A stretch of DNA of 64,000 nucleotides from Azolla caroliniana. Lineage: Eukaryota > Plantae > Polypodiophyta. Below the pieces are notes generated by a model. It did not search any database. It was not told the DNA's origin and saw nothing but the letters and a program-made list of their open reading frames with translations. Positions 38,463 through 51,009 of this stretch are shown here, one piece after another (within the stretch, counting starts at the first letter, position 1; each line of letters begins with the position of its first letter). The DNA is taken from NCBI GenBank assembly GCA_043228905.1, contig JBHGNT010000013.1, positions 10,478,001 through 10,542,000 on the forward strand, read 5' to 3'. Made by a program: the position numbers and the translations under genes.

Positions 38463-38500
38463 GGGTTCGACGTACAAGGTACTGTCCCACGGGCGTGCCA
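38463..38500 (-). promoter_or_regulatory. Inverted PBS / sense tRNA-Arg 3' end at the PPT position of G1
   Basis: Plus strand gggttcga[cgtacaaggtact]gtcccacgggcgtgcca-tg|TGTTACC. Reverse complement of 38484-38500 is TGGCACGCCCGTGGGAC. Confidence 0.7.
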
Positions 38501-38926
38501 TGTGTTACCGGCCAGCAAGGACTCCAAAATACGGAGTGAAGGAATTAATTAAGTATGGTTGTGAATAAGCATAGTATGGACGGACGGACTGGAAACGGTA
38601 TGCCGTTCTAGATCCGGACGGATCCCGAATAGGTGCGATAGGCACCGTTTTGTACTACGGGCCGGAAACCTATTTAAAGGCCCGGACCCCATTGTAATCG
38701 CAGCGGATAATTAATAGAGCGTATGGTGTTTATACTTCTGTGTTGATTTCCGTTCTGTACTTACTGTTATATCTTACGCGTTCAATTAACAATAGCGCTC
38801 TAATCGTGTAACCTACTTAAGTCGGTGTAATCGTTGAGTCATAATCCTATGCCGTAATCACCCTTTGGTGAAGTGTCTCCGTGACACCTTGTGTTAGGCC
38901 TTGTCCGGTCAGAGAATAACAGATAA

Positions 38927-41285
38927 CGGAGGGGAATACCGGGGGCAGTTCGAGGAGTACTGTCGCTCGAAGGGAATCCGGCTCGAGTTTACTGTGCCGA
39001 AGACGCCGAAACTGAACGGGCTGGCCGAGAGGATGAACCGGACCATAATGGAGAGGGTCCGGAGTATGCTGGCGCATGCGAAATTACCCAAGGGATTTTG
39101 GGCTGAGGCAATGTCGACGGCGACATACGTGATAAACAGATCACCCTCAGTACCTTTGGATGGAGACACGCCGCAGAGAGTGTGGACCGGTAGGGAAGTA
39201 TCCTACCAGCATCTGAAGGTGTTCGGGTGTCTCGCATATGTGCATGTGGCAAAGGACCGGAGAGGAAAGCTAGATCCAAAGACCCGGCCATGCATATTCC
39301 TCGGTTACGGCGATGACGAGTTCGGCTACCGAGTATGGGACCCGGTCGACAAAAAGATATTTCGGAGTCGTGATATCATCTTCATGGAGGACAAGACACT
39401 CGCCGACTGGGAGTCGGAGAAGAAGATGAAGAGCTCCAAGTCGACCGGTGAGGATCAACTCTACGAGGAGCAGTCCCGACCGGCAAGGGACCGGTTAGCA
39501 CTCGAGGATCCGGCCGAAGACGGTGAAGAAACAGAACCGGCCGAGGAAGATGAAACTGATACCGGAACCGGCCCCGATCCCGAAATGGATTCGGATGAAG
39601 AGGAAACGGAGGAGCCGGTTACCGAAGCTCCGGAACGGAGATATCCTCTAAGAGAGAGAAGGCCCCCCCGGAGATTTCCGGAACCAGAGCACGTGCTGCT
39701 AACCGACGAGGGGGAGCCGGAGAGTTTTGAAGAAGCAAAGCTTGACACCCATAGCCGCAGGTGGTTAAGTGCCATGCAGGAGGAGATGGATTCCCTGCAT
39801 GAGAACCACACATATGAACTTGTGGAGTTGCCGAAAGGAAAGCGGGCACTTCGAAACAAGTGGGTGTTCAAGCTGAAACCGGGAGATGCCGAAAACCCCC
39901 CGAGATACAAAGCCAGGATCGTGGTGAAGGGGTTCCAGCAGAAGAAGGGCGTCGACTTCGACGAGATATTTGCCCCGGTAGTGAAGATGACCTCCATCCG
40001 GACGGTGCTGAGCATAGCGGCAAGCATGGACCTCGAGGTAGAACAGATGGACGTGAAGACGGCATTCCTTCACGGTGACCTCGAAGAAGAGATCTACATG
40101 CAGCAACCGGAAGGATTCGAGAAGAAAGGGAAGGAGCACCTGGTATGCCGGTTGAAGAAGAGCCTTTACGGACTGAAGCAGGCTCCCCGGCAATGGTACC
40201 GGAAGTTCGACTCTTTCATGACCGACGAAGGGTACCACAAAACGCAGTCCGATCACTGCGTGTTTGTGAAGAAGTTCGAAGGAGGAGACTTTCTAATACT
40301 CCTCCTGTACGTGGACGACATGTTGATCGTCGGACGGGACCAGGTCAAGATACGGATGCTGAAGAAAGCGCTTCACCGAACCTTCTCAATGAAGGACCTG
40401 GGTCCGGCGAGGCAAATACTAGGGATGCACATCATCCGGGACCGGAAGAAGAAGCAGTTGTGGCTGTCACAGGAAAAGTACGTGACAAAGGTGCTTCACC
40501 GGTTCAACATGTCGGAAGCAAGACCGGTCGGGTCAACCCTCCCGGCAAACTGCAAGTTGTCCAGCAAGCAAAGCCCCAAGACAAAGGCTGAGAAGGAGGA
40601 CATGATGAAAGTACCATATGCCTCTGCCGTCGGAAGCTTGATGTACGCAATGGTGTGTACAAGACCGGACATAGGATATGCAGTCGGGGTGGTGAGCCGG
40701 TACATGAGCAATCCCGGCAAAGAGCACTGGAACGCGGCCAAGTGGATACTCTGATACCTGAAGGGCACGGCAAACGTGTGCCTCCGATTCGGCTCCGGTA
40801 AGCCCGAACTCGACGGCTTTACCGATTCGGATATGTCGGCTGATGCAGATACCAGCCGGTCCACATCAGGGTATGTGATGACGTATGCAGGGGGAGCTGT
40901 TTCGTGGCAGTCGAGGCTGCAGAAGACGGTTGCGTTGTCAACCACGGAGGTGGAGTACATGGCGGCTGTTGAAGCCGGCAAGGAAATAATATGGATGAAG
41001 GACTTCATTAGAGAGCTCGGTATCCGGCAGGAGGAGTACCGACTCTACTGCGACAGTCAGAGTGCCATCCACCTTGCGAAGAACGCGGCCTATCACTCCC
41101 GGACGAAGCACATCCAGCGAAGATATCACTAGATCCGGGAAAGGATAGAAGACCAGGAGTTCGTGCTGACGAAGATCCACACGGACGAGAACGGGTCAGA
41201 TATGCTGACCAAAGTGCTCACACCCGACAAGCTAGAAGCGTGCCGGAAGAGGGTTGGACTGGAAAGACATCCCATGCCGAAGTGA
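38927..41285 (+). pseudogene. Copia-D integrase C-part, RT and RNase H
   Basis: GGEY..NGLAERMNRTI, PCIFLGY, KWVFK, QMDVKTAFLHG, LYVDDML, GFTDSD, STTEVEY; two premature stops. Confidence 0.95.
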
Positions 41286-42239
41286 AGGGGGAGTTTGTTG
41301 GGATTACAGTCCCTCCGGATGGGATGGTCAGATGTCCGGGAATCGGGAATGAAGACCCGAATGAGGAGTACCCGGTATCGGAACCGGATGATGAAGACCC
41401 GGTTTCGGATCCGGATGATGAAGACCCCGGCTACGGAGCCGGATGACGAATGTACCCGGAGAGAGATCCGGATGCGGGGACATATTTGTGAATATGTTTG
41501 CCAAGGGCCCTCGAGGCTATGTTTGTAAATAGCCCGAAAGTCATATGTGTATAAATATGACTTAGGGCAAACAGTTTTGTTGTTGTTGCTCATTTTTCTG
41601 TTTTCCACTTAGAGGGAGCGAAGTGAGAGCAACCGAGAGAGAGAGTGAGAGAGAGAGAGAGAGAAAGGAAGAGGTCGACACCTCTGTGTAATACCGCCGC
41701 CTGTGGCGAGGACAGCGAGCTCAAGGTCGTCGCCTTGCAGCTCGCCATTGTACATTCCCTGCGTATAGTGATAGTTGGAGTCTTGCACTCCCGTGGTTTT
41801 TCCCGTCTAGGGTTTTCCACGCTAAACCCTGTGCATTCGAGTCTCTCTCTGTGTTTTCGATTTACTGTCCTCGGTTGTGGCCGAGAGGTGAAGGTTTTGA
41901 AAGCGTCAATTTCTAACAGAATCAACGATTAATCCGACTTATTTAGGCTACTTAGTAAGATCGTCCTTAATAATCACACGCGTAAGATATAACAATGAAT
42001 GCAGAATGGCAATTAACATAGAGAGATAAAAACACTAAGCTTTATTAATTAACCGTTGCTCATTACATTGTATCCGGGCCTTTAAATAGGTTTCCGGTCT
42101 GTAGTACAAAACGGTGCCATCCGCACCTGTTCGGGATCGGTCTGGATCCGGAACGGCATACCGATTCCGGTCCGTCCGTCCACACTCATAGCTTACTTAC
42201 AACCATTCCTGATAATTAAATAACTCCCCGTTTCACACT

Positions 42240-45091
42240 CTAGACTCCTTTGCTGGCCGGGCGGTAGCACATGGTACGCCCGTGGGACAGTACCTTGTAC
42301 GTCGAATCCACATCCGACCCTTGGTATTCTTCGTCCAAAATATCCAGAATGCTTTGTTCGAGAGTCTCCAATGGTTCATCTGGAATTGGTTGTTGTTGTT
42401 GTTGTGGTTGCTGCTGCTGCTGTTGTTGCTCCGTTGATGGCTGCTGTGACTGGTCCTTTGGTGGATGTTGCGGCTGCTCCTTCGTTTGTTGCTCTGACAC
42501 CAGCGTCTTGTCGTTGCTCCCTCCGTCGTAGTGGTCTCCGGTTCACTGGTTCCGGGCTAGCCCTCTGTTGGCGACGGTTCCTCATCACTAAGGTTAACCG
42601 TTGTCGCTTCCCGTGCTTTTTCTTCCCGAACCCGGGACCACTCGTAGCTTTCAAACTGGATTTGAGCGTCCAGCCTATCATCGTCTAGCTGAGCTACGAG
42701 TTGCTGGACCTGCGCCAGCTGTTCATCAGCCAGGACTTGGAAGTCGTCGGCCAGCTCGTCCCGTATGGCGGTGAAGTCCTCGGAAGTCAACGTGTAACAA
42801 TCATCTCCTTCCTTCCGCCGGTTTGCCACGTCTGCCCGTAGCAATTGGAGTTTTGCTGCATTTTGTGCCCACTTTGTCCACCATCTTACGGAGCTTTCGT
42901 TAATCAAGCGTTTTGTCTGATTCAGCCATGCCCGGAGGATGCATTGAATCTGGCCCGTTCCCAATTGCGATTTGATCTTCGCAGCTTGCCGTTCCTCCTT
43001 CAATTGCTTGATGATTTTGACGTTGTCTTCCGCCTGCTCCTTGTAATGCGTTAATTGCCTTTGATATGTACTTTGTAATTTTTGCAATACCGTTGACGCT
43101 CTCTCCTTTTCTTCCTGCTGCTGCTTCTGGAGCTCCATCCGGACCTTCTCTGCCTCGTCCAACCGTCTTGTATTTTCCGCTCGTTCGTCGGCGAGCGCCG
43201 TCGCGGCCCGATCAACTTCCTGCTGGAGCTCGACCACCCATTCCTTATGCTCCATTTCCAGCCGTTTGTAGTCCCGGTGCAGGTGCTCAAAATCATCTGT
43301 CTTTTGCTTGAGCCGTGCGTTGATCTGTCGACGGGCCCGGTCCTTGCGGTCCTTCTGCTGGCGGAGCTCTTCTTTTAGCCGTTCAATTTCCGTTTCCGCC
43401 GTCTTCCGCAGCTTGTCCTTTTCCTGCAGCACTTTGTCTTTTTCTTCCCTTAGCCGGTCGTACGCTTGATGGCCTTTCCGGAGGCTCTCCTCTGCCCGGC
43501 GGAGGTTCTCAGCAGTCTTCTTTAATTCTGCTTCGGCCGCTGTCTTCAATTCCCGTTCACGGCTCCTGAGCGCTTCTTGTGCGGCAAGTTCATCTCTCAA
43601 TTTTGCAAGCTCCTGGGCTTGCGCCGCATCTTTCTCTGTGACGGGTTCCGTTGCCGGGGTCTTATTAGTATGTATAGGTTGGTCTGGTTCTTTATTCTGT
43701 ACACTTACCAGAGTCACCGGTGATTGGATCTGTGTTGCCGTTAAGGACATTTCTGTCGTGACCTGATCCAAGTCTTTTTCAAGGCACCGGATTCTGGACC
43801 GGGCCGTCTCTAGTTGTTCGGTTGTGATGAGCAATCATTCGCTTTGCGCTCTTTCTTCCGCCTCAATATATCCCACTGCTCCGGCAATCTGTTCGCCTAT
43901 CCACTGGAGCCATAGGCTACTGGTGCATTGTTGTTGCGCTTGCACGGAGGTTTGACGGATTGGCTCGCTTGTAGGTGGGTGGTCTCGCCTGATTGCGCCA
44001 AGTTGCAATTCCGTTTCTGCCCGTGGACCACCCTGTTGTCCTGGTTCCCCTTGCGCTTCTTCTTGGTTGGCCGAGGGAGGCTGCATTGACCTTTCCGGTT
44101 CTGGCGGGATGGGACTTCCCGGTGTTGCCATGCGCACCGGTTCCGGTTCCTCCCTTGGCGTGGGAGTCTCAGTATGGGGAACCGGTGTTCCCTCCATTTG
44201 AGGGTCTGAACGTTTCCTGGCTGCCTCAACGGTCCTTGCCGACGACCGTCACTAGAGGTGCTCCGTAGGCTCCTCCTCTATTTCCTCTTCCTAAATCCCG
44301 GCATTGAGTTTTGCCACCAAGGGGTCCGCTTCTCTATTCACCGGTCGGCGGAGTGTAACCTTTATGGGCCGTACCGGTGGTTCCTCCTGCGCATCCGTTG
44401 GCGGCTTCCGGCTGGCGCTCTCCTTTGCCGCCTGTTCTGTGTCCGCCGCCTTCCCCTTAGTGGCCTTAGAGGCCAACAACTGTTGTCTTTTGGAAGCAGT
44501 CTTTGGGGTGCCGTCCGCCACTCTTCCCCACTTCTTGGGCTAGACGGGCTGGACGGGTGGCACAAGCAAGGTGACCCACTGCGTTACGGCGTGCCATATC
44601 CTCCGTCCGTCTCGGCCTTCTTTGCCGTCTTTGCCTCTGACGATCTCGATCGCCGCACACAAACCGTCTGCGATCAATACCGGCCAATCCACCTTGATCC
44701 CTTCATAGGTGGCGATGATCATCCCTGCCCAGTTCTGCGGCATGACAGGGGGTCTAGGGTACACATGGCCGTATTCGTGGAGCACACGAGCAATCTCGCG
44801 AAACAACATATCTCCGCCGCCCTGTGTCCGGTAGCCCTTGCTGGCTAGGGAGTACTCACCAAAATACTTGATGAGTTGTTCTGAGGTCGGATTGTCAATT
44901 GTGAGTATGCCTCCCTCCAGAAGGCCTGTTAACGCTCGGATCGCCTCCGCCGTTATGACCTCTGTGTCGATTTCCTTGATCACCTTGTCGGCTTCTTTGT
45001 GTGGCGGTACCTCCATAATCATCAAGAAGCCCTCGAGCCCGTGTTGCTTTAGCCATTTCTTGGCGACTTCCGACAGCGTTTGCGGGTCCAT
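42240..45091 (-). pseudogene. G2 extra 3' ORF (coiled coil), several stops and frameshifts, reading into the 3' LTR
   Basis: MDPQTLSEVAKKWLKQHGLEGFL.. (44540-45091), coiled coil at 42557-43834, poly-Q tail at 42240-42500. Confidence 0.85.
42272..42311 (+). promoter_or_regulatory. Inverted PBS / tRNA-Arg 3' end at the PPT position of G2
   Basis: TGGTACGCCCGTGGGAC-agtaccttgtacg-tcgaatccac, starting 2 nt from the LTR end at 42269. Confidence 0.7.
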
Positions 45092-45224
45092 GTTTGTGTC
45101 GAGGTCGGATTGTGGTGGCGAGGTTGGATGGCGATGAGAGTGAGATTGAGAGAGAGAGAGAGTTCAGAAAGCGGGGGTTCTCTATGCGTAGGTTCTGGTC
45201 TGATGTGGTAGTATAGGCTGGTGT

Positions 45225-48200
45225 GGCATCCGAGCCTGCTCCGTTGGCTGGCCCATTCGCTGGCATAGGTCACATTCTTTTGCGTACCGTACCGCATCTC
45301 TTAATGTCGTTGGCCACCATAGGCCAGTTTGCCATATTTTCCTGGCCGTCGCATCTCTGGCATAGTGACCTCCGACAACTCCGCAGTGGGCTTCCCATCA
45401 GTATGAGGTCCTTTTCATCGCTGCGCACAGCCCATCTCCATATGCCGTCCGCGCCCTTGTGGTAAAGTGTGTCTTGCAGTAAGCAGAAATGTCGCGTTTG
45501 CACCGCCAGGCGTTTCCTTTCGTCCTGGTTCATCTCTTCCGGAGGCAGTCCAGTGCTTAGAAACTGGTGCATATTTGTGAGCCACTTGTCTTCCTATGCC
45601 ACCATCTCATCTGCTGCCGTTTCCGTAGTGACTCGAAACAGCTCTGCATCCGGAAACTTGTCCGCTACCCCGTCACCCGTCTCTCTAGACTCTAATCGGC
45701 TTAAGTAATCCGCTACGGCATGCTGTATACTGGGTCGGTGGAATATTTCGAACTCGAATTCCTGTAACAGTAAGGTCCACCGGGCCAACTTACCGGTGAG
45801 TGACGCCTTGGACACTAGGTAAAGGAGTGCCGAATGATCTACATGGAAGGAAAACTTCCTTCCCAATAAATAATGCCGAAACTTTGTCACACTGTAGATC
45901 ATCCCTAGAGCTTCCCGTTCCGTGGTAGAGTAGTTCCGTTCCGCTTGGGATAACTTTCGGCTGGCATAGTACACTGGCCGGTACCACTTTGGCTCCGTAA
46001 GCTGCATCAATACACTTCCGATTGCGATGTCGGAGGCGTCCACGAACACATGAAATTCTTTACTCCAATCTGGAGGCTGCACTACCGGTGCTTGCGACAA
46101 TAGTACCTTGAGGGCCCTATACGCCCAATCCTCAGTGTTGGTCCACCGGAATGGTGTCCGATGTACGGTGGCATGCAACGGTGTAGCCAGGTCAGCCAAG
46201 TATCGAAGCATCCGGCTGTGCCATCAGATCTGGCCTAAGAACTAGCTCAATGTCTTTGCCGTTGCCAGCGCCGGTGCTTCTAATATGGCTTTCACTTTGT
46301 CTGGGTCGACTGCAATGCCTTCCTGGCTCATAATATGTCCTAGTAAGGTTCCACTGGACACGCCAAATACACACTTCGCCGGATTCAAGCTTAGCCGATA
46401 CGCTCTACACTTTTCTAGACAAAGATGGAGGTGCTGAAAATGGTCCTCCTCCCAGCTATAGACGGCGAAATCGTCAAGGAAAACCTGCATAAAAGCCGGG
46501 ATATATTCACCAAAGATTTCCATGATGATTCGTTGAAATGTTGCCGGTGCGGTTTTGAGTCCAAACATCATCACCACGGCCACAAACACCCCCCATTCGG
46601 TGACGAAAGCCGTTTTCTCTTGATCGTCGGGATGCATCCGGATCTGATTGTACCCGCTGAATCCGTCTAGAAAACTATAGACCTCATGGCCGGCGACGGC
46701 ATCCAACACTCCATCTGTGAACGGAAGTGGAAACGCATCCGTTACCGTAGCCGCATTGAGTTTCCGGTAGTCCACACAAACTCGAATTTTTCCGTTCTTT
46801 TTCGGTACGACTACGATCGGGCTCAACCATGTCGCTTTCTTTACTGGACGGATAAAGCCCACTCTTAGCAGTTTGTCGATTTCCTCCTTGACTTTGGCAG
46901 CATAATTGGGATTCATCCGGTACCGTCTCTGTGCCACTAGTTTTGCGTCCTTGCTCAAGTGAATTTGATGCTGGTATAACTGAGGGTCGAGCCCTCGCAT
47001 GTCTTCGTATGACCAGGCGAACACGTTGCGGAATTCTGTGAGAAGTGTAAGCATCGCCGTTTTGTCTTCAGACTTCATCTCCTTGGCGATGTGCACTGAT
47101 TTTGCTTCGTCCGTGGTCCCTAGGTTCACCTCTTCAAGTTGCGACGCTTTTAGGCACTGTGAAATGGCCATTTCCCGTTCCAACGCTTCCTGAGCTTGCC
47201 GTAACTCTCGGATTGCGTCTTTATCCGGTTCTGCTTCAATCTCTTCCGATTGCGGTAAGTATGGTGCTACTGCTTCGGCAATGTCAATTTCGAAGAGGGG
47301 TACGATCTTCGGGTTTTCCTGCAAGTACTGAGCTTCTTCTTCGTCAGCTAACCCTTCTAGCATGTTGACGCACTCTGCATACAACGATGTACATTCCTTG
47401 CCAGTGCTTGTCCTTGGCTGTGTTGGTAACCGTACCTTGGCTTTTCCTCGCCGGAAGGTAATTATATTTTTCCTCCAATTCAGTTTGATATGTGCCGTTT
47501 TCAACCACGGCCGCCCCAGCAATAGCGGGTATGCGCCTTGTGCCTGTAATTGTAGCACTACTGTCGAGATGTGAAATGTATGACCGCCAACGATGACTTC
47601 TAATTTTCGTATTAATCCTGTCGGCCGCACTGAGCTTGTATCGGCCATCCGTAACCAGAACGGACACGGGTCCCACTCGTGGATTCCTAGAGCATCACAC
47701 GTCCGGAGGCTTATTACATTCACCCCGGAGCCTCTGTCTATAACTGTGTTGGGGAGTTCTTTCCCTTTTACAATGGCAGTGATTACCAGACTGTTGGTGT
47801 CCACCACCGTTGGTCCCTCCTCCGGATTCAAGAAGACTACCGGTGCCGGTGATGATTCTCCTGCCGTCATGGCCGTCTTTAGTCCTTCCGTGAATCTTGG
47901 CACGAGCTATAGGCGTCTTCCTAGTGGCAACGTAATCTGGCATCACTCGCAACGCCAGCCATGTCTCGTTCTCGGAGTGACTGCCGCCGGCAAGCCCTAC
48001 GGTGTCGTGCCTTTCGGCTCCAGATCGTTGCGTGAGTCGGGTGGGAACCGCTGGGGTTTTGGACTAGGAAGAGGAGAGTTTTAAGGCTAATAAGAATATA
48101 AATATGTTGTAAGAAAGGGTTATAGCAAACTCGTGAATCCCACGAGTGTATTGTATTAGATTAATCAATATGAATATAAGAATATAAACTTCGGTTGAAA

Positions 48201-50721
48201 GAGAATGATATAGAATTCTCGTGAATCCCACGAGTATAGTTTATTAATTGGTGTTTTTTAGAAACATATCCAGTTTCCAAGTATTTCACACACAATTACA
48301 TTGTGCTTCCCATCCTTATGTAGTGATGAGGAAGTCTTAGTAATCCATGCTTTTTCTCTAACTATAGACCCCATGCTTTTCCTATAGATAGACTATATGC
48401 TTTATCTAAAGTGATCATGCTTTTTCTAACTTGTGCGTTTTTTATCATGCACGCTAGATGTGTATGTGTAGCTTTTTCTTTTGTTATGCGTTTTTCTAAT
48501 GTTTATCCTAGCGTGAATTTACCTTTCTATGTGGGACATCTATGCTTTAACACTAATGAAATGCTAGTGTAATGGTAAGACATTACATTATTAACATGGA
48601 GGTGCAAGGTTCGAATCTTGCCCTATGCATGTTCCATTTATTTTGCTATTTTCTTCTATTTCTTCATTTTTTATTGAATCTAATACTATATACGTTTTTC
48701 ACGTAGTATACAAAATACACTACGACAACGGTATTATCCTTTTGCCGCTGTAAGTCTGTGACATTTTGCTCGTTTTCTTTTTTCACCCATTCCGTCGCTT
48801 GCTTCCGGATGGTCTCCTGCGTCTCCCATTCCTTGGCCATGCCCTTCGACCTTGTGGTCACCTGCTGCAGATCTACCACTTCAGGGACTACCATATTTAC
48901 TGTCGGTCGTTTGTCATAGCTCTTCGCCGGGCATTGATTACTATAATGGCCTTCCTGTCGGCAGTAGTAGCAGTAGCCTTTCCGGGTATTGCTGGATTCG
49001 GCATTGTTTGTTGTACCCGAGGTAGGTCCCGTGGTAAGCGCGGGGTTTTGGGCCGGTTGGTTGCTTGAAGCTCCTTGTTCCGGATCCCGTGGGTAGCTGC
49101 CTTTTTTGAAATGTCATTTTTTGTTATAGTTCTTCTTATTGCGGTACTCTTGACGAGGTTGGTCGTTATATCTGCCGTATTCCTCCCGTTGCTGACAATA
49201 CCCGGGGGAGTGCTCCCGGTCGTAATGTTCGTATCGTCTATTGTAATCTCGGTACCGATCATATCTATCATGCCGATCAGAGTTATCCCGTCGATCACCG
49301 TACCGGACATCATTCTCCCGTCGATCGCCATACCGGACATCCTGTGCCGGTCGGTCGCGGTCCATTCGCCGTCAGCGTTCCTCTTCTTCATCCCGGCTGC
49401 TGCGTGGCTCTATTTGTCTGACGGGCGGTGCTTGCCGGTTCAATAGATTATACTCCCACCTATCCGTCGTATGGCCCTTGGATTGACAGATTACACATTG
49501 CGTCCTCATAGTGCATTCTAGTGCCGAGTGTCCGGAATTCAAGCAGGTTGTGCATTGTATTGCTTGCCGAAACCGGAGGTCTTCATCGGACGGTAACGCC
49601 CGTTGGAGTGCTCCTAGTGTGAGCCAGGAGCTTGTCTTTTCCATCTCTCTCACCCGGTCAATGACCTGGTCGATGGTACTTGTGCGGAAGTCAATTACCG
49701 TGCAAACCATTCGTAGGGGTTCCCAGAGCGCATTTAAGAATATAGTCCGTAATTCCTCCTCCGGGGGTGCGCGGGCAAGCTGACTATGCATCCGTTGAAA
49801 CCGGATGACAAACTGGGGAATGCTCTCCCCTGCCTCCTGTCGGATGGTATAAAATAAGCCCACCATTACTGTTTGGTCCACCTCCTTTTGGAAAAAATGC
49901 AAGAATTTAGCTTTTAAATCTGTGAAGGTGGTGATGGTAGACGGGTCCTACGTCCGGCGCCATCTCGCTGTTGGTCCCTCCAATGTGACGCCAAATTCCG
50001 CTATCTTAGAGCGTTCCTCTTCCTCCGGGGTCAATCCCTGGGACACATGGTTTGCTTCCCATGTTTGTTCAAAGGCGTGAACATGAGCTTCCGCGTCCGG
50101 ATCATCTCTATACTTGGAGTACTGGAACGGCATGTCGTCGTCCGGTATCGGTGCGTGGGTAGGCGGTGTTGGTGGTCGTTCCTGGTTTTTCTCCGGCGTC
50201 GGTGGTCTTTCCTGATTTGTTTCCGGCGGCGGTGGTCTTTCCTCTTCTTTTGGTGACGGAGGCCTGTCCTCCTCGACTTCCGGTGTCAGAGGTCGCTCTT
50301 CCTCTACTGGTTCCGGAGGTTCCAGCCTTAGCAATTCCGGTTCCGGTGTCGGTAAGGTGTCTGATCCTTCGTCCTCCGGTCCGCCCGGGGTTTCGTTGCT
50401 GCTACGGTAGTTCGTGTGCACGTTGTATTCCCCTTCGGAATCCGATTCATACGCTGAAAAGGCTTCTGCTTCGCCTTCTCCGCTTGCCAACGCCTGGAGA
50501 AGGGATTCGGTTTCCCGGAGGCTGCTTAGGCTGCTGTCGTCGTCTGAGTGCGATGTTTGCTGTAACCAGAGGGACTCCTCTGCTCCTCTCCGGATTACAT
50601 TGGAAAACGAGTGATCCGCTCTAATTTCCTGCGCCGCTTGCTGAAAAGCCTCCCGTCTCCTTTGCCTTTCGGCAAGGCATCGAGTTCGATCTGTAACCAG
50701 GTCGTGCGTTGATCTAGTCAT
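45225..50721 (-). pseudogene. G2 gag-pol, integrase core deleted, interrupted by a solo LTR
   Basis: gag IRQEAGESIPQFVIRF, CTTCLNSGHSALEC, PR, RT 46242-47903, RNase H 45594-46211. Sequence jumps from EQARMPH into the ORF3 leader. Confidence 0.92.
48003..48727 (-). mobile_element. Solo LTR related to the 22494-25608 element
   Basis: TGTCGT..ACGACA ends, 4-bp TSD ACGG, A box TAGTGTAATGG (48565-48575) and B box GGTTCGAATCT (48608-48618), same hairpins. Confidence 0.92.
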
Positions 50722-51009
50722 CCATTCGTGCCGTCGTTCGTTGCAAAAACAGGAATCGTGGTCGCCAAAAACTGTGTTAATTCTTAGGGCCGGACAATGG
50801 CCTAACACAAGGTGTCTACGGAAGACACTTCACCAAAGGGGTGTTACGGCAAGAGGATTAGAATCAATGATTAATCTGACTTAATTAGGCTACTTAGTAA
50901 GATCGTCCTTAATAATCACACGCGTAAGATATAACAATGAATGCAGAACGACAATTAACATAGAGAGATAAAAACACTAAGCTTTATTAATTAACCGCTG
51001 CTCATTACA

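Larger units (their letters stand above)
29701..38921 (+). mobile_element. Non-chromoviral Ty3/Gypsy with extra 3' ORF (G1), both LTRs intact
   Basis: 419-bp LTRs at 29701-30119 and 38503-38921, TSD gataa, inserted in the Copia-D integrase RADN|GGEY motif. Confidence 0.97.
27314..41918 (+). mobile_element. Ty1/Copia (Copia-D), full length and young, interrupted by Gypsy G1
   Basis: LTRs 27314-27950 and 41296-41918, TSD gaatc, PBS TGGTATCAGAGC at 27954-27965, PPT agtgaagggggag. Confidence 0.97.
27223..51008 (-). mobile_element. Non-chromoviral Ty3/Gypsy with extra 3' ORF (G2); 3' LTR split by Copia-D, 5' LTR truncated
   Basis: 3' LTR 27223-27313 plus 41919-42269, internal region 42270-50774, 5' LTR remnant 50775-51008, PBS TGGCGACCACG on the minus strand at about 50757-50767. 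Homologous to G1 throughout. Confidence 0.9.

Noticed and set aside
38449-38465. gaaggggccgagaaggg as the G1 PPT
   Set aside because: It lies about 38 nt from the LTR, is interrupted by pyrimidines, and is not conserved in G2.
29701-38921. Element actually oriented on the minus strand, with the inverted PBS as the only PBS
   Set aside because: All ORFs and the LTR TATA box are on the plus strand, a second PBS follows the left LTR, and the minus strand has no PPT either. Disfavoured, but not excluded without transcript data.
30198-41008. Many antisense and alternate-frame ORFs
   Set aside because: These are shadow ORFs of GC-rich retroelement coding sequence with no independent motifs.
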